Below are positions 6,901 through 15,945 of a DNA stretch of 27,321 nucleotides, one piece after another. Origin of the DNA: a virus (Duplodnaviria > Caudoviricetes); the IMG/VR virus record IMGVR_UViG_3300025773_000033, positions 1 through 27,321 of that record; one strand, given 5' to 3'. A program made the translations under genes and the position numbers. Position 1 is the first letter of the stretch. Every line of letters begins with the position of its first letter. Under the pieces are notes generated by a model. That model was not told the DNA's origin, made no database searches, and saw only the letters and a list, made by a program, of their open reading frames with translations.

Positions 6901-9517
6901 GAATTGGCAAAAAGTTAATGAAGAGCCTTTCATGACAAGACATGATGCTCAATCATATGTCAATGATCTTAAAGAGACTGATAACAATATTCCAAGGTAT
7001 TCTTCTTATAAATTACCTGGTGGTGATAACTATCAGGAACATTTGTACCAGTTGTCCAACCATCCAGAGGAGTATGAAAGCTCACATTGGGAAGATATTC
7101 CAAACGTATTGGCTCATGCTCGTACTGTTGACCGCATGACTCCAGAAGGCAAGAAGATCCTCCACGTTGAGGAAATGCAGTCTGACTGGCATCAAGCAGG
7201 TAGGGATAAGGGATATCACGATCCAGAAAAACTGGCTCAAGCAGAAGCCACAATCAACGCATTGAAGGCAGAGCATAAGCGTCTTGGTGAAGTCAAAGCG
7301 TTAGCCAAAACTCCCGAAGAACGTGAAGCCATCAGCGAACAAAGATTGGCAATCATGGATCAGATTCGTGATGCCACCATCATGCCCTCTGACCATGTGC
7401 CTGATGCTCCATTCAAAAAGAACTGGGAAGAGATGGTTAGCAAGGACTTGGTCAAACACGCTGTTGACAATGGGTATGACGGCATAACATTGACTAATGG
7501 TGAAACGCAAGCGGATAGATATAACCTTGGCAAATACATAAACGAACTTCATTTGTCTGGTACTGATTTAGTTGGCTATGATCACAATGGAAATACGGTC
7601 ATAAAACAAACTGGTGTTACACCAAAAAATTTAAATCAATATGTTGGTAAGAAGGCGGCTAAAAAGTTATTAGATCAGCCACAACAAGGAACATTGCGGT
7701 CACTGACAGGTGAAGATTTGTATTTAGGCGAAGGCATGAAGGAGGCTTATGACAAGCGCCTACCAAATGTCTTCAACGACATTGGTAAGCCATACGGCGC
7801 TGAGATGAAGCTGAACGCTATGCCAGTACGTACGCCAAAAAACACTGACTTATCCATCACTGATATGCTTCAGCACACCAATACGCCTGAGCAAACATGG
7901 TTGGATATGCCTTTTGAGCAGAAAGAGAAGATGATGGATGACTTCGCTACTGCCCAAAACAATAAGACAACTCCTCTGCACTACATGGAGTTCACCCCAG
8001 AGATGAAGCAAGGAGTAGGAGAGAACAGTCTGCCTGCGTATGCTGATGGTGGACAAGTGGCTCAGCCAAGGCATGAGTCATTCTTAAACCCATCATTAAG
8101 ACTGGCTAATGGGCAGGTAACGCTTAATCCTTTGGAGTTCATGCCAAATTACCAAAGAGGTGGAAAAGTCCACGTAGCGGATGATTTGGAGATGATGAGA
8201 CACGAGATCCATATGTCTGAGGGTGGGGTAATGACTGATGCCGTCCTCAAGAAAATGGGCGATTTTATTAAGAAATCGTCTAAAGAATCTTTTTTGCCTT
8301 TAAATTTAAAAAGAGCAAAATCTCCAAATGATCAAGAGATGATGAAAATTGCAGAGCCTGTCATTAGACAAATGACTGGTGAGCACGTAGTACCTGAAGG
8401 ATCTACCAAGAAAGTTAATCTTGCAGGACGATCAATGAAGGAAAGTCAAAGGCTTAAGGATCTACCTTATTCTTTGACAACCAAAGAGCCTACAGGAAAA
8501 CCTGATATATATACACCAAAGATTGGAGATGTAAATATTGCTTTCCCTGGAGATCAAACTATATCTGACAGTATATTGCATAGTGTTGGAGATATAGAAG
8601 GGATAGATTCAGAGCAGGAAGGTGGTGCTAAATACGGATTGGGCAAGTTACATTTAAAATTGCCAAACTTTTGGGCTTCTGGTGAAGATCCCGCTCAAAG
8701 TGCTCAAGACAAAATAAATAGACTTGCAGGTTATTACGATCCTGATCGAGTAATTGCTCAACATTTAGCGATGGGTCCTACATCTAATAATTTTGCAATG
8801 CATTTAGCAGATGCAAATCTTCGTGCTACTGATTTTTCAAAAATGACTCCAGAGCAGATGTACAGCTTTGATAACATTATTGCCAATGGATTTGTAAAGA
8901 AAAATGCTAAGACTGGTGAATACGAGCATTTCAACTTTCCACACTGGCCTGGAATAGCTGACCCAGAAGGCGCTTACAAAGCCATGCAAAAAGATTCTGA
9001 ACTACGTAAATGGTATAACAGCAGGATGAAGACTCCTGAGATTACCAGTGCTCATGGATTACCAAATGGATTAGATATTCAATGGGCTATTACAGAACCT
9101 TCGCTTCGTAATATGCAAATTAACATGACGGGTTTGTCTGCGGGTGAGGTTGTGCCTGGCGCTGAATTAACGGATACTGCTGATCACAATACTTATGAAA
9201 AAGGCATCCGAGGTTTAGCATTACAACCAATAACTCCTCCCAAGCCAGTTCAAATAACTTTTCCAGACGCTACTCAGCATATTCTTGATACAAAACGTGC
9301 CCAAGACTTTACTGGAACTCTTCAAAAAGTATTTCCACATCAAGTTGTTGATGATCAATATTTAAATGACGTTGGCAGATATGATGCTTTGATCAAGAAG
9401 TACACGGGTCAGAAAAAGGGTGGCAAGGTTAAAGCTAAAAAGGCAAACAAAAAAGCCAAGGTTGAAATAACTAACAACATAAATATTATGCGTCACGAAT
9501 TAATCGATAGAGGATAA
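3986..9517 (+). CDS. large multidomain polyvalent-type protein (about 1840 aa), probably virion-internal, with a PcfJ-like domain and GG-motif linkers
   Basis: GAGGT RBS before ATG 3986. PcfJ-like motifs EGDKMGHCVGGY / IFSLRD / PHVTIE / QIKGKGN (~5618-5908). A second module common in large phage proteins: LPGGDNYQE / NVLAHAR / VEEMQSDWHQ / PDAPF / GYDGI (~7007-7500). Confidence 0.8.
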   Translation: MPNPKANQQPLDLDRIKADAMSMGIPARALLDMIYSGGRSAIATTAGLPADLANTAIGLHNMAHDIRRNKFEGYQPGSISGGSEDIKGLIPDLAKDPNSMLNKMASTAGDFAVIPGAGTAATKGAKMLGQEIADRVATGQRLIPGVGEPQMAMHVIKPEKGGNWVNKQVNSALDKLKQDTLLKNKTYYYGPEHDKAVEERIKELKDIGSEGGLRVVKHLEDNKDKFKKLGALNQWIDTNLKNYVRNDMATPHDPIRLGIEERVAKVEANNAKEQKKIAKLDEKIAQAKQSGDEGAVRTMQAARDNLAIEAEDAYELGMKHSAHVPHENFRFGDNISRFEGMSTTKPSNAWEFVSDNALDRLNSNRLNDPYEQHYKTISKEQPELLGLKDKNIYSVSDPRNFANDLGFDHVVDTIKQHLDLPEGDKYHLKPEQLKNISVPQMMERVANQNLEKDIASRNVALQQQEGFPVLKEYPSGHKWIELKMPDPKIEESHVMGHPSGYPDLHAVIDSKTGQSVSVGSTPEEAVNLYKREERQKQLEDALTYEGDKMGHCVGGYCPDVLQGNTRIFSLRDKRGEPHVTIEARNPKIYTEDDVLDQFPGGVTDALKRGDIGAKKYIASKLEELNANSRTPNIHQIKGKGNGAPVDKYLPMVQDFQRTTGFPIKGDIQNSGFVNTQPELKKFGESIGLKVPDYLTKDEENVLRQQVAPHVESTVKNANNFLDTHPAFEPHRQANEVFNSALNNGMFFKDEEQYSKLRNASNQPLHPDIPYTYNEFKSVLNNPEEHGEGDPLKTQLYTLGKIDELRNKVGDVPAVTPQETQGLAKGGRVKRKVHVANDLDMMRHEIQMKDSPKGFAGGGVVDKMIGKGMARLFSAVDKTAAELPRAKGTGAEFMTELSKKPGVKKAELADRNLDEIKALPKMTKDEFKAELAKRPVPQVTKKILSENNADKYYIEPVDPDMARPRDPHWLYDENWQKVNEEPFMTRHDAQSYVNDLKETDNNIPRYSSYKLPGGDNYQEHLYQLSNHPEEYESSHWEDIPNVLAHARTVDRMTPEGKKILHVEEMQSDWHQAGRDKGYHDPEKLAQAEATINALKAEHKRLGEVKALAKTPEEREAISEQRLAIMDQIRDATIMPSDHVPDAPFKKNWEEMVSKDLVKHAVDNGYDGITLTNGETQADRYNLGKYINELHLSGTDLVGYDHNGNTVIKQTGVTPKNLNQYVGKKAAKKLLDQPQQGTLRSLTGEDLYLGEGMKEAYDKRLPNVFNDIGKPYGAEMKLNAMPVRTPKNTDLSITDMLQHTNTPEQTWLDMPFEQKEKMMDDFATAQNNKTTPLHYMEFTPEMKQGVGENSLPAYADGGQVAQPRHESFLNPSLRLANGQVTLNPLEFMPNYQRGGKVHVADDLEMMRHEIHMSEGGVMTDAVLKKMGDFIKKSSKESFLPLNLKRAKSPNDQEMMKIAEPVIRQMTGEHVVPEGSTKKVNLAGRSMKESQRLKDLPYSLTTKEPTGKPDIYTPKIGDVNIAFPGDQTISDSILHSVGDIEGIDSEQEGGAKYGLGKLHLKLPNFWASGEDPAQSAQDKINRLAGYYDPDRVIAQHLAMGPTSNNFAMHLADANLRATDFSKMTPEQMYSFDNIIANGFVKKNAKTGEYEHFNFPHWPGIADPEGAYKAMQKDSELRKWYNSRMKTPEITSAHGLPNGLDIQWAITEPSLRNMQINMTGLSAGEVVPGAELTDTADHNTYEKGIRGLALQPITPPKPVQITFPDATQHILDTKRAQDFTGTLQKVFPHQVVDDQYLNDVGRYDALIKKYTGQKKGGKVKAKKANKKAKVEITNNINIMRHELIDRG

Positions 9518-9519
9518 AC

Positions 9520-12069
9520 ATGGCAACACAAATGCCCATTGAGCAGGACTACAACCGTCATATTGACGGAATGGAAATGATTGAGAATGAAGACGGCTCA
9601 GTCGATTTTGAGATGCCACCAGAGGATATGGAGCTTGAAGAGCTTCCTGATGGTTCTGTTATTGTTCACGATCCAGACTTCAAAGGCCCGACTGATGACA
9701 AAAAGTTCTACGCTAACTTGGCTGAAGAGTTTGATGTTAAGGGATTAGCCCTTGAATACATCAACCTGATTGAGAAGGATAAAGAAGCCCGTAAGATGCG
9801 GGATAAGCAGTATGAGGACGGTATTAAACGTACTGGTATGGGTAACGATAGCCCAGGTGGTGCGACCTTCTTTGGAGCTTCTAAAGTTGTTCACCCAGTG
9901 ATGGCTGAGTCTTGCGTAGACTTTGCGTCCAGAGCGATTAAAGAGATGTTCCCACCTGATGGCCCAGTCAGGACAAAGATATTGGGTGATGTTGATGATG
10001 TAAAGACCGAACGTGCTGAGCGCAAACGGGATTACATGAACTGGCAACTCACCGAGCAGATTGAGGAATTCCGTGATGAACAAGAGCAGTTGTTGACCCA
10101 ACTTCCTCTTGGGGGTTCCCAATACCTTAAGCTGTGGTATGACGAGCACAAGAAGCGCCCCTGCGTGGAGTTTCTGCCGATTGACCGTGTGATCGTACCC
10201 TTCGCCGCATCCAACTTCTATACCGCTCAGCGTGCAACTGAGGTTCACGAGATTACCGAGTGGGAAGTCAAGATGCGTATCAAGTCGGGTATGTACCGTG
10301 ACATTAGCATGATCCGTGCGACTATGGAGCCAGAGCCAACGGGTGCACAAAAGGCTAACGACAAGATTGAAGGTAAGAAGTGGCAAGACAACGAGGATGG
10401 TGTTAGACGTTTCTATCACACCTATGTTTGGCTAGAGATGGAAGATGACGAATATACCAAGGGCGAGATGGCACCTTATATTCTGATGATTGACACTTTA
10501 GACCATGAAGTTGTCGGGTTGTATCGTAACTGGGAAGACGGGGACGAAACCATGACCAAGCTAGACTGGGTTGTGGAGTTCAAGTTCATTCCTTGGAGGG
10601 GCGCATATGCAGTTGGTTTACCTCATCTTATTGGCGGTCTTAGTGCCGCCCTTACTGGCGCTCTTCGTGCTTTGCTCGATACTGCACATATCAACAACAG
10701 CGCTACTATGCTTAAGCTTAAAGGCGCTAAGGTTAGTGGTCAATCTCAGCAAGTTGAAGTTACCCAAGTTGCAGAAATTGAGGCAGGACCAGGAATCAAT
10801 GACATTAGGCAAATCGCTATGCCTATGCCTTTTAACCCTCCTAGCCCTGTACTATTTGAGTTATTGGGGTGGTTAGATCAGGCCGCCAAGGGCGTTGTAA
10901 CCACGGCTGAGGAGAAGATAGCTGACGTTACCGCTCAAGCGCCTGTAGGTACCACACAAGCCCTTATTGAGCAGGGATCTGCTGTGTTCTCAGCTATCCA
11001 CGCCAGACTTCATGACTCACAAGCCAGAGTGCTTAAGATTCTTGGTAGGCTGAACCGTTGGTACTTGGATGATCAGCGCAAGGGTGAGATTGTCAAGGAC
11101 TTGCAGATAACCAAGCAAGACTTTGAGCGCAACACAGATGTAGTTCCAGTCTCTGATCCACACATCTTCTCTGAAACGCAGAGGATGGCTCAGTCTCAGG
11201 CCGTAATGGCGCTGATGGATAAGTATCCTGCCCAGTTCAACCAGAAGGCTGTGCTTGAGAGATTCTTAAAGCAGATGAAGGTGCCTGGCATTAACGAGTT
11301 AATGGTTGATGCGGCTGAGCCACATAAGCACAATGTTGCAGAAGAGAACGTGGCTATGTCCTTGGGTCAGGGAGCGTTTGCTTATCCTGAGCAAGATCAG
11401 TTGGCTCACATCCAAGGGCACTTTGACTTTGTGATGAACCCATTGCTAGGACAGAACCCGATTATCGGACCGCAGTTGATTGGGCCAATGATTGAGCATT
11501 TGAGACAGCACATCACGCTCTTATACCTTGAGATGATGAAAAAGTACGCTACTCAAAGCGACAGAAAGCAGTCTATTCAGTACGAAAATGAAAAATACAC
11601 GGCTCAGATTGACCAGATATTTGCTATGGCATCACAGCACGTTGGTCACGATTTAGGTGAGAAGGTATTTGCACAGTTGGTACCAGACTTTCAGCATCTT
11701 ATCCAGATGCAACAGCAGTTTGCACCCAAGCCACAGCTTGATCCAGACGCACAAGCGCTCATCCAGACCTCAATGGCTGAGACACAGCGCAGAACCGAGC
11801 GTGATAAGCAAGAGATGGCACTCAAGGGTCAGCAGATCCAGGCTGATACACAGCTTGAGCAGGCCAAGATTACTAGCGAACAACAAAGAGAGCAGGCACA
11901 AAGGGAGTTAGATATAGCTATCAACTCTACTGATAACCTGACAAAAGAGCGTATAGCTTCAGCGGAACTCACCCGAGACGCCGCTAAGCTTCAGCAAGAG
12001 CAGTATGACACTGCAATTTCGCTTCAAAACGAAGCACAACGACACTTAGGAGGTCAACATGGCGAGTGA
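9520..12069 (+). CDS. portal protein
   Basis: 849 aa; HPVMAESCVDFASRAIKEMFPPDGPVRTKILG and DYMNWQL...LPLGGS motifs of large podovirus-type portals; long Gln-rich coiled-coil C-terminus; head-module position. Confidence 0.9.
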   Translation: MATQMPIEQDYNRHIDGMEMIENEDGSVDFEMPPEDMELEELPDGSVIVHDPDFKGPTDDKKFYANLAEEFDVKGLALEYINLIEKDKEARKMRDKQYEDGIKRTGMGNDSPGGATFFGASKVVHPVMAESCVDFASRAIKEMFPPDGPVRTKILGDVDDVKTERAERKRDYMNWQLTEQIEEFRDEQEQLLTQLPLGGSQYLKLWYDEHKKRPCVEFLPIDRVIVPFAASNFYTAQRATEVHEITEWEVKMRIKSGMYRDISMIRATMEPEPTGAQKANDKIEGKKWQDNEDGVRRFYHTYVWLEMEDDEYTKGEMAPYILMIDTLDHEVVGLYRNWEDGDETMTKLDWVVEFKFIPWRGAYAVGLPHLIGGLSAALTGALRALLDTAHINNSATMLKLKGAKVSGQSQQVEVTQVAEIEAGPGINDIRQIAMPMPFNPPSPVLFELLGWLDQAAKGVVTTAEEKIADVTAQAPVGTTQALIEQGSAVFSAIHARLHDSQARVLKILGRLNRWYLDDQRKGEIVKDLQITKQDFERNTDVVPVSDPHIFSETQRMAQSQAVMALMDKYPAQFNQKAVLERFLKQMKVPGINELMVDAAEPHKHNVAEENVAMSLGQGAFAYPEQDQLAHIQGHFDFVMNPLLGQNPIIGPQLIGPMIEHLRQHITLLYLEMMKKYATQSDRKQSIQYENEKYTAQIDQIFAMASQHVGHDLGEKVFAQLVPDFQHLIQMQQQFAPKPQLDPDAQALIQTSMAETQRRTERDKQEMALKGQQIQADTQLEQAKITSEQQREQAQRELDIAINSTDNLTKERIASAELTRDAAKLQQEQYDTAISLQNEAQRHLGGQHGE

Positions 12070-12208
12070 TGCAGAGCAAAAGGGTATTAACGTGCCCATG
12101 CATAAGAGATTAGCCCAGGGCGAGAAGCTTGATGGGACAAGTTTGGGTTCTAAAGGCGAAAGCCAGAAGAAACAAAGTGGCCTAGCTCACACAAGTAAGA
12201 AAAAATGA
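12059..12208 (+). CDS. small basic hypothetical protein (49 aa)
   Basis: Read by hand: MASDAEQKGINVPMHKRLAQGEKLDGTSLGSKGESQKKQSGLAHTSKKK. Strong AGGAGG RBS; fills the gap after the portal; ATGA-coupled to the next gene. Confidence 0.75.
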   Translation: MASDAEQKGINVPMHKRLAQGEKLDGTSLGSKGESQKKQSGLAHTSKKK

Positions 12209-12393
12209 GCGGGTTTGTCGGAGATCTGATCAGTAAAGTGAAGGAAATGCAGGGCGATATCGGGCTATCTCTAGCAGGTGGCTCCGCTATGAACTGGGAA
12301 TCCTATCAACGCATGGTCGGGATAAACATTGGACTGCAAAAAGTCTTGGATTTGATAGAACAACAACTAGAAGAGGAAGAAAAAGATGAGTGA
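12205..12393 (+). CDS. conserved small helical protein preceding GroES (62 aa)
   Basis: L..G...WESYQRMVG...GL helical-hairpin pattern; coupled on both sides. Confidence 0.8.
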   Translation: MSGFVGDLISKVKEMQGDIGLSLAGGSAMNWESYQRMVGINIGLQKVLDLIEQQLEEEEKDE

Positions 12394-12799
12394 TACAGAC
12401 TTGGCATGGGCTTTTCCTGCTGTAGAAGCAGGTGTAGAGCCTTTGGGAGCACGAGTACTTGTTCAACTAAAGAGAACGAAGAAGAAAATGACCGCATCTG
12501 GCATTATTCTCGCCGAGGAAACTCGTGAGAACGAAAAATGGCAGAACATGGTCGCAAAAGTCATTGAGATTGGCCCGTTGGCCTACCGTAACCGTGACAC
12601 GATGGAGGCTTGGCCTGAAGGTTCATGGGTAAAGGTGGGTGATTACATCCGTGTCCCTAAATGGGGTGGGGATAGATGGGAAGTTGCAGTGCCTGGGGAA
12701 GATCACGTTGAAGATAAGGCCATGTTTATGGTTCTTAACGACCACGAGGTTATCTCTAGGGTTAAAGGAGATCCGTTAGCAATGGCGGAATATGTGTAA
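12386..12799 (+). CDS. groES: GroES-like co-chaperonin (Cpn10)
   Basis: VEPLGARVLVQ, mobile loop TASGIIL, VIEIGP, VKVGD and VLNDHEVI match the Cpn10 pattern. Confidence 0.92.
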   Translation: MSDTDLAWAFPAVEAGVEPLGARVLVQLKRTKKKMTASGIILAEETRENEKWQNMVAKVIEIGPLAYRNRDTMEAWPEGSWVKVGDYIRVPKWGGDRWEVAVPGEDHVEDKAMFMVLNDHEVISRVKGDPLAMAEYV

Positions 12800-12832
12800 A
12801 TGCGTGCAAGACTACCGTAAAGAGGGAAAAGC

Positions 12833-13798
12833 ATGAGTGAAGTAGCAGAAAGCAAAGAAGAAGACTTAAAAGTCAAAGAAGAGATGGACGGTTCAGCAGT
12901 GGTTGACCTTCCAGATGACATCAAAAGCCCCGATGCAAGCGAAAGTGAAGCAGAAGGTGGAAGTGTCAAGGCAGAATCCTCAACAGAGGACAACGATCAT
13001 CCTGATGACTCCGATGAGGTACGTCAAGAGAAGATCAACCGTAGGAAACTACGCCGTCAAAGAGCGAAGCAAGATCATGCCGAGAAGGATATCAAGCTTC
13101 AGCAACTAGAAAGAGTTAACCGTGAGTTAATGGAACGACTCTCTAATGTTGAAAGACGCACACATGGCGCAGAATTAGCGAGGGTTGACAAGGCTATAGA
13201 GGACGCTGAGCTTCAGTTCCAATATGCCAAGCTCAAGCTTCAAGAGGCTACTCAAGCGGGTGATGGCGAGGCTTTGGTTAAAGCGCAAGAGATGTGGTAC
13301 GAGTCTAGACAGAAGATCGAATCACTGAAAAACGTGAAAACTCAGGCGGTTAAGCCAAACAATGACCGTAGCCTGCCCGATCCACAGATACAGCGCAACG
13401 CCGCAGAGTGGATGAAACGTAATGACTGGTATAGCCCAGATAGCGGTGACGAGGATACTGAGATTGCAAAGATTATTGACAAACGACTGATCGAAGAGGG
13501 TTGGGACCCAAAGAATCCTGCCTACTGGGATGAGTTAGATAATCGCTTGCAAAGACGTCTCCCGCACAGATACAATGACAGCACAGACGATGAACCTGTA
13601 GTTAGACAACGACCTAGGAATGTTGTGACGAGTTCAGGACGTGAATCATCAGCGGCAAGTGCAGGCCGTAACACCTTCACACTCAACCCCGAACAGGTGA
13701 GAGCAATGAAGGACGCAGGATTCTGGGATGACCCCCAGAAGAGAGCAAAGATGATAAAGCGTTATGCAATGGAAGCACGTTCACAAAGGAGTAATTAA
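12833..13798 (+). CDS. capsid scaffolding protein (probable)
   Basis: Acidic disordered N-terminus, long coiled coil, C-terminal helix-turn-helix (LNPEQVRAMKDAG...MIKRYA); lies between portal and MCP. Confidence 0.75.
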   Translation: MSEVAESKEEDLKVKEEMDGSAVVDLPDDIKSPDASESEAEGGSVKAESSTEDNDHPDDSDEVRQEKINRRKLRRQRAKQDHAEKDIKLQQLERVNRELMERLSNVERRTHGAELARVDKAIEDAELQFQYAKLKLQEATQAGDGEALVKAQEMWYESRQKIESLKNVKTQAVKPNNDRSLPDPQIQRNAAEWMKRNDWYSPDSGDEDTEIAKIIDKRLIEEGWDPKNPAYWDELDNRLQRRLPHRYNDSTDDEPVVRQRPRNVVTSSGRESSAASAGRNTFTLNPEQVRAMKDAGFWDDPQKRAKMIKRYAMEARSQRSN

Positions 13799-13800
13799 TT

Positions 13801-14340
13801 ATGGAATCACGTTTAAAAAAATCTTTGAATGCAGGCGGTAGACAGAATCGTGCTCAGCAAGATGAATCCCGCAAGGCACCAGAAGAGAAGTTCGTCTCAG
13901 CACAGGAACGCCGAAAGATGTGGAGTGATGAGTGGACACAAAGAGCATTGCCAGATGTCCCTGAAATCCCTGGTTGGCACGTGTGTTGGTTATCAACTAC
14001 TAACTCATATGACAGCATTGACAAGCGGATTCGTCTTGGATACGTCCCAGTGAAAACTGAGGAAGTACCACAATACGAAAGCCACAAAGTCAAATCAGGT
14101 GAACACGTTGGATATGTGTCTTGCAACGAAATGTTACTGTACAAGATCCCTATGGATGTGTATCAGGAAGTAATGCAACACTTCCACCATGATATGCCTC
14201 TTGAGGAAGCGAACAAAATTCGCATCCAAGCGGAGCAAACAATGGGTCGAGACAGTAATGGCAAGTCACTTGGAAGACTAGAAGGTGAAGGTATTGGCAA
14301 AATTGATGAACCACTTCCCGCACCCGTATTTTCTGGGTAG
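13801..14340 (+). CDS. conserved head-module protein of unknown function (179 aa)
   Basis: AAGGAG RBS; PGWHVCWLS...RIRLGYVPV...EMLLYKIP pattern seen between scaffold and capsid genes in this phage type. Confidence 0.75.
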   Translation: MESRLKKSLNAGGRQNRAQQDESRKAPEEKFVSAQERRKMWSDEWTQRALPDVPEIPGWHVCWLSTTNSYDSIDKRIRLGYVPVKTEEVPQYESHKVKSGEHVGYVSCNEMLLYKIPMDVYQEVMQHFHHDMPLEEANKIRIQAEQTMGRDSNGKSLGRLEGEGIGKIDEPLPAPVFSG

Positions 14341-14365
14341 GTGAAGTAACTAAGGAGTTTTGCAT

Positions 14366-14947
14366 ATGTCAGCATTATTGCAACCCTTCGGTTTACGCCC
14401 TGCGTTCCATCCATCAGGTTTGGATCGTGCTCAGGCGTTAGCAGGAGGAATCACTTCTGGATACTCTTCAAACATTTTGAAGGGTCAGCCAGTTAAATAC
14501 TCTGCGTCAGCAGGTGTAATCGTCCCCGTATCAACTACAGAAGCGTTTTCTGGCGCATTTGCAGGTTGCGAGTGGACAGACTCAACAGGTCGCCGCCGTG
14601 TTAGTAACTACTGGCCTGCCAGTACTACATACATCACTGGATCTTGCATTGCTTATTTCTACAACGATAACAACATCGTTTATGAAATCCAAGCAGACGG
14701 ATCTATGGCTCAAACCAGTATCGGTAATGAGTACAACTTCAGCAATATAACCAATGGTTCTACTACCACAGGTCTGTCACAAGCGACACTAGGCGCTTCT
14801 ACAGCAGTAGGTAATAGTTCACAAGGTCAAATGCGTGTTGTTGATCTTTCGCCCGTTCCAGGCAATGCTTGGGGCGATACATACACTATCGTTCGTGTTG
14901 TTGTATCAGCATCTCAGATGTTCGGTAGCTTCACTGCGTTCGCTTAA
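14366..14947 (+). CDS. probable capsid decoration / minor head protein (193 aa)
   Basis: TAAGGAG RBS before ATG 14366; beta-rich, small-residue composition (PFGLRP...GAFAGCEW...IVYEIQADG); immediately upstream of MCP. Confidence 0.65.
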   Translation: MSALLQPFGLRPAFHPSGLDRAQALAGGITSGYSSNILKGQPVKYSASAGVIVPVSTTEAFSGAFAGCEWTDSTGRRRVSNYWPASTTYITGSCIAYFYNDNNIVYEIQADGSMAQTSIGNEYNFSNITNGSTTTGLSQATLGASTAVGNSSQGQMRVVDLSPVPGNAWGDTYTIVRVVVSASQMFGSFTAFA

Positions 14948-14957
14948 GGAGTAAATT

Positions 14958-15872
14958 ATGGCCGCACCAATGCGAAGTACGGACTTTAGAAGTATTGTCG
15001 AACCTATCCTTAACGAATGTTTTGATGGCGTTTACGATCTCCGTGAAGACGAATGGTCACGTGTTTTCCGTGAACAAGAAGGTATTCCACGTAACTACCA
15101 TGAAGAGCCAGTTCTTTATGGATTTGGAGCCGCACCTCAACTGCCTGATGGAACACCAGTGTCCTATCAGCAAGGTGGTGTACTCTTCCTCCAACGCTAT
15201 ATCTACTCAGTGTATGGGCTTGCCTTTGCATTGACTAAAGTGTTGGTAGAAGACGGCGACCATATCCGTATTGGACAAGTTTACGCTCGTCACTTAGCTC
15301 AGTCTTTGATTGAGACAAAAGAGACACTAGCCGCAAACGTGCTCAATAACGCTTTCAACTCCAACTATGTTGGTGGTGATGGTGTATCTTTAATCAGCGC
15401 ATCACACCCAATCGTGAACGGCACTTTCTCTAACCAGTTGTCTACTGCGGCAGTTTTGTCACAGACTTCTTTAGAGCAAATGTTGATTCAGATTCGTAAT
15501 GCTGTTGACAACAATCAGAAGAAAATTCGCTTGGTTCCACGCCAATTGGTCGTGGCTCCTGGTAACATTTTCCAAGCTGAAGTGTTGCTCAAATCAGTAT
15601 TGCGTACAGGTACTGCCAACAACGACATCAACCCCGTTAAGTCTATTGGCTTATTGGATGAGGGTGCCGCTGTTCTGTCACGTTTGACTTCATCTACCGC
15701 ATGGTGGGTACAGACAGACGCACCAGAAGGCATGAAGCTGTTGATGCGTAGACGTTTAGAGAAGACTATGGAAGGTGACTTCGAGACTGACTCTATGCGC
15801 TATAAAGCAACTGAGCGTTATGCAATAGGATGGACAGATCCTAGAGCGCTCTTCGGTACACCTGGCGTGTAA
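14958..15872 (+). CDS. major capsid protein (HK97 fold, Mu gpT-like type)
   Basis: 304 aa; strong TAAGGAG RBS; motifs DGVSLISASHP, IRLVPRQLVV, AWWVQTD, EGDFETDSMRYKATERY..GWTDPR; followed by a terminator. Confidence 0.9.
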   Translation: MAAPMRSTDFRSIVEPILNECFDGVYDLREDEWSRVFREQEGIPRNYHEEPVLYGFGAAPQLPDGTPVSYQQGGVLFLQRYIYSVYGLAFALTKVLVEDGDHIRIGQVYARHLAQSLIETKETLAANVLNNAFNSNYVGGDGVSLISASHPIVNGTFSNQLSTAAVLSQTSLEQMLIQIRNAVDNNQKKIRLVPRQLVVAPGNIFQAEVLLKSVLRTGTANNDINPVKSIGLLDEGAAVLSRLTSSTAWWVQTDAPEGMKLLMRRRLEKTMEGDFETDSMRYKATERYAIGWTDPRALFGTPGV

Positions 15873-15879
15873 TCCATCT

Positions 15880-15908
15880 GGGGAGGGAGTCAAATCTCTC
15901 CCCTTTTT
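15880..15908 (+). terminator. intrinsic terminator after MCP
   Basis: GGGGAGGGA-gtcaaa-TCTCTCCCC followed by TTTTT. Confidence 0.85.
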
Positions 15909-15945
15909 CAAATTCTTATGAGCTTCATGGCTAAAGGAACAAAAA

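Noticed and set aside
12044-12069. HLGG near the portal C-terminus as another GG-motif instance
   Set aside because: Explained by the AGGAGG Shine-Dalgarno of the overlapping next gene.
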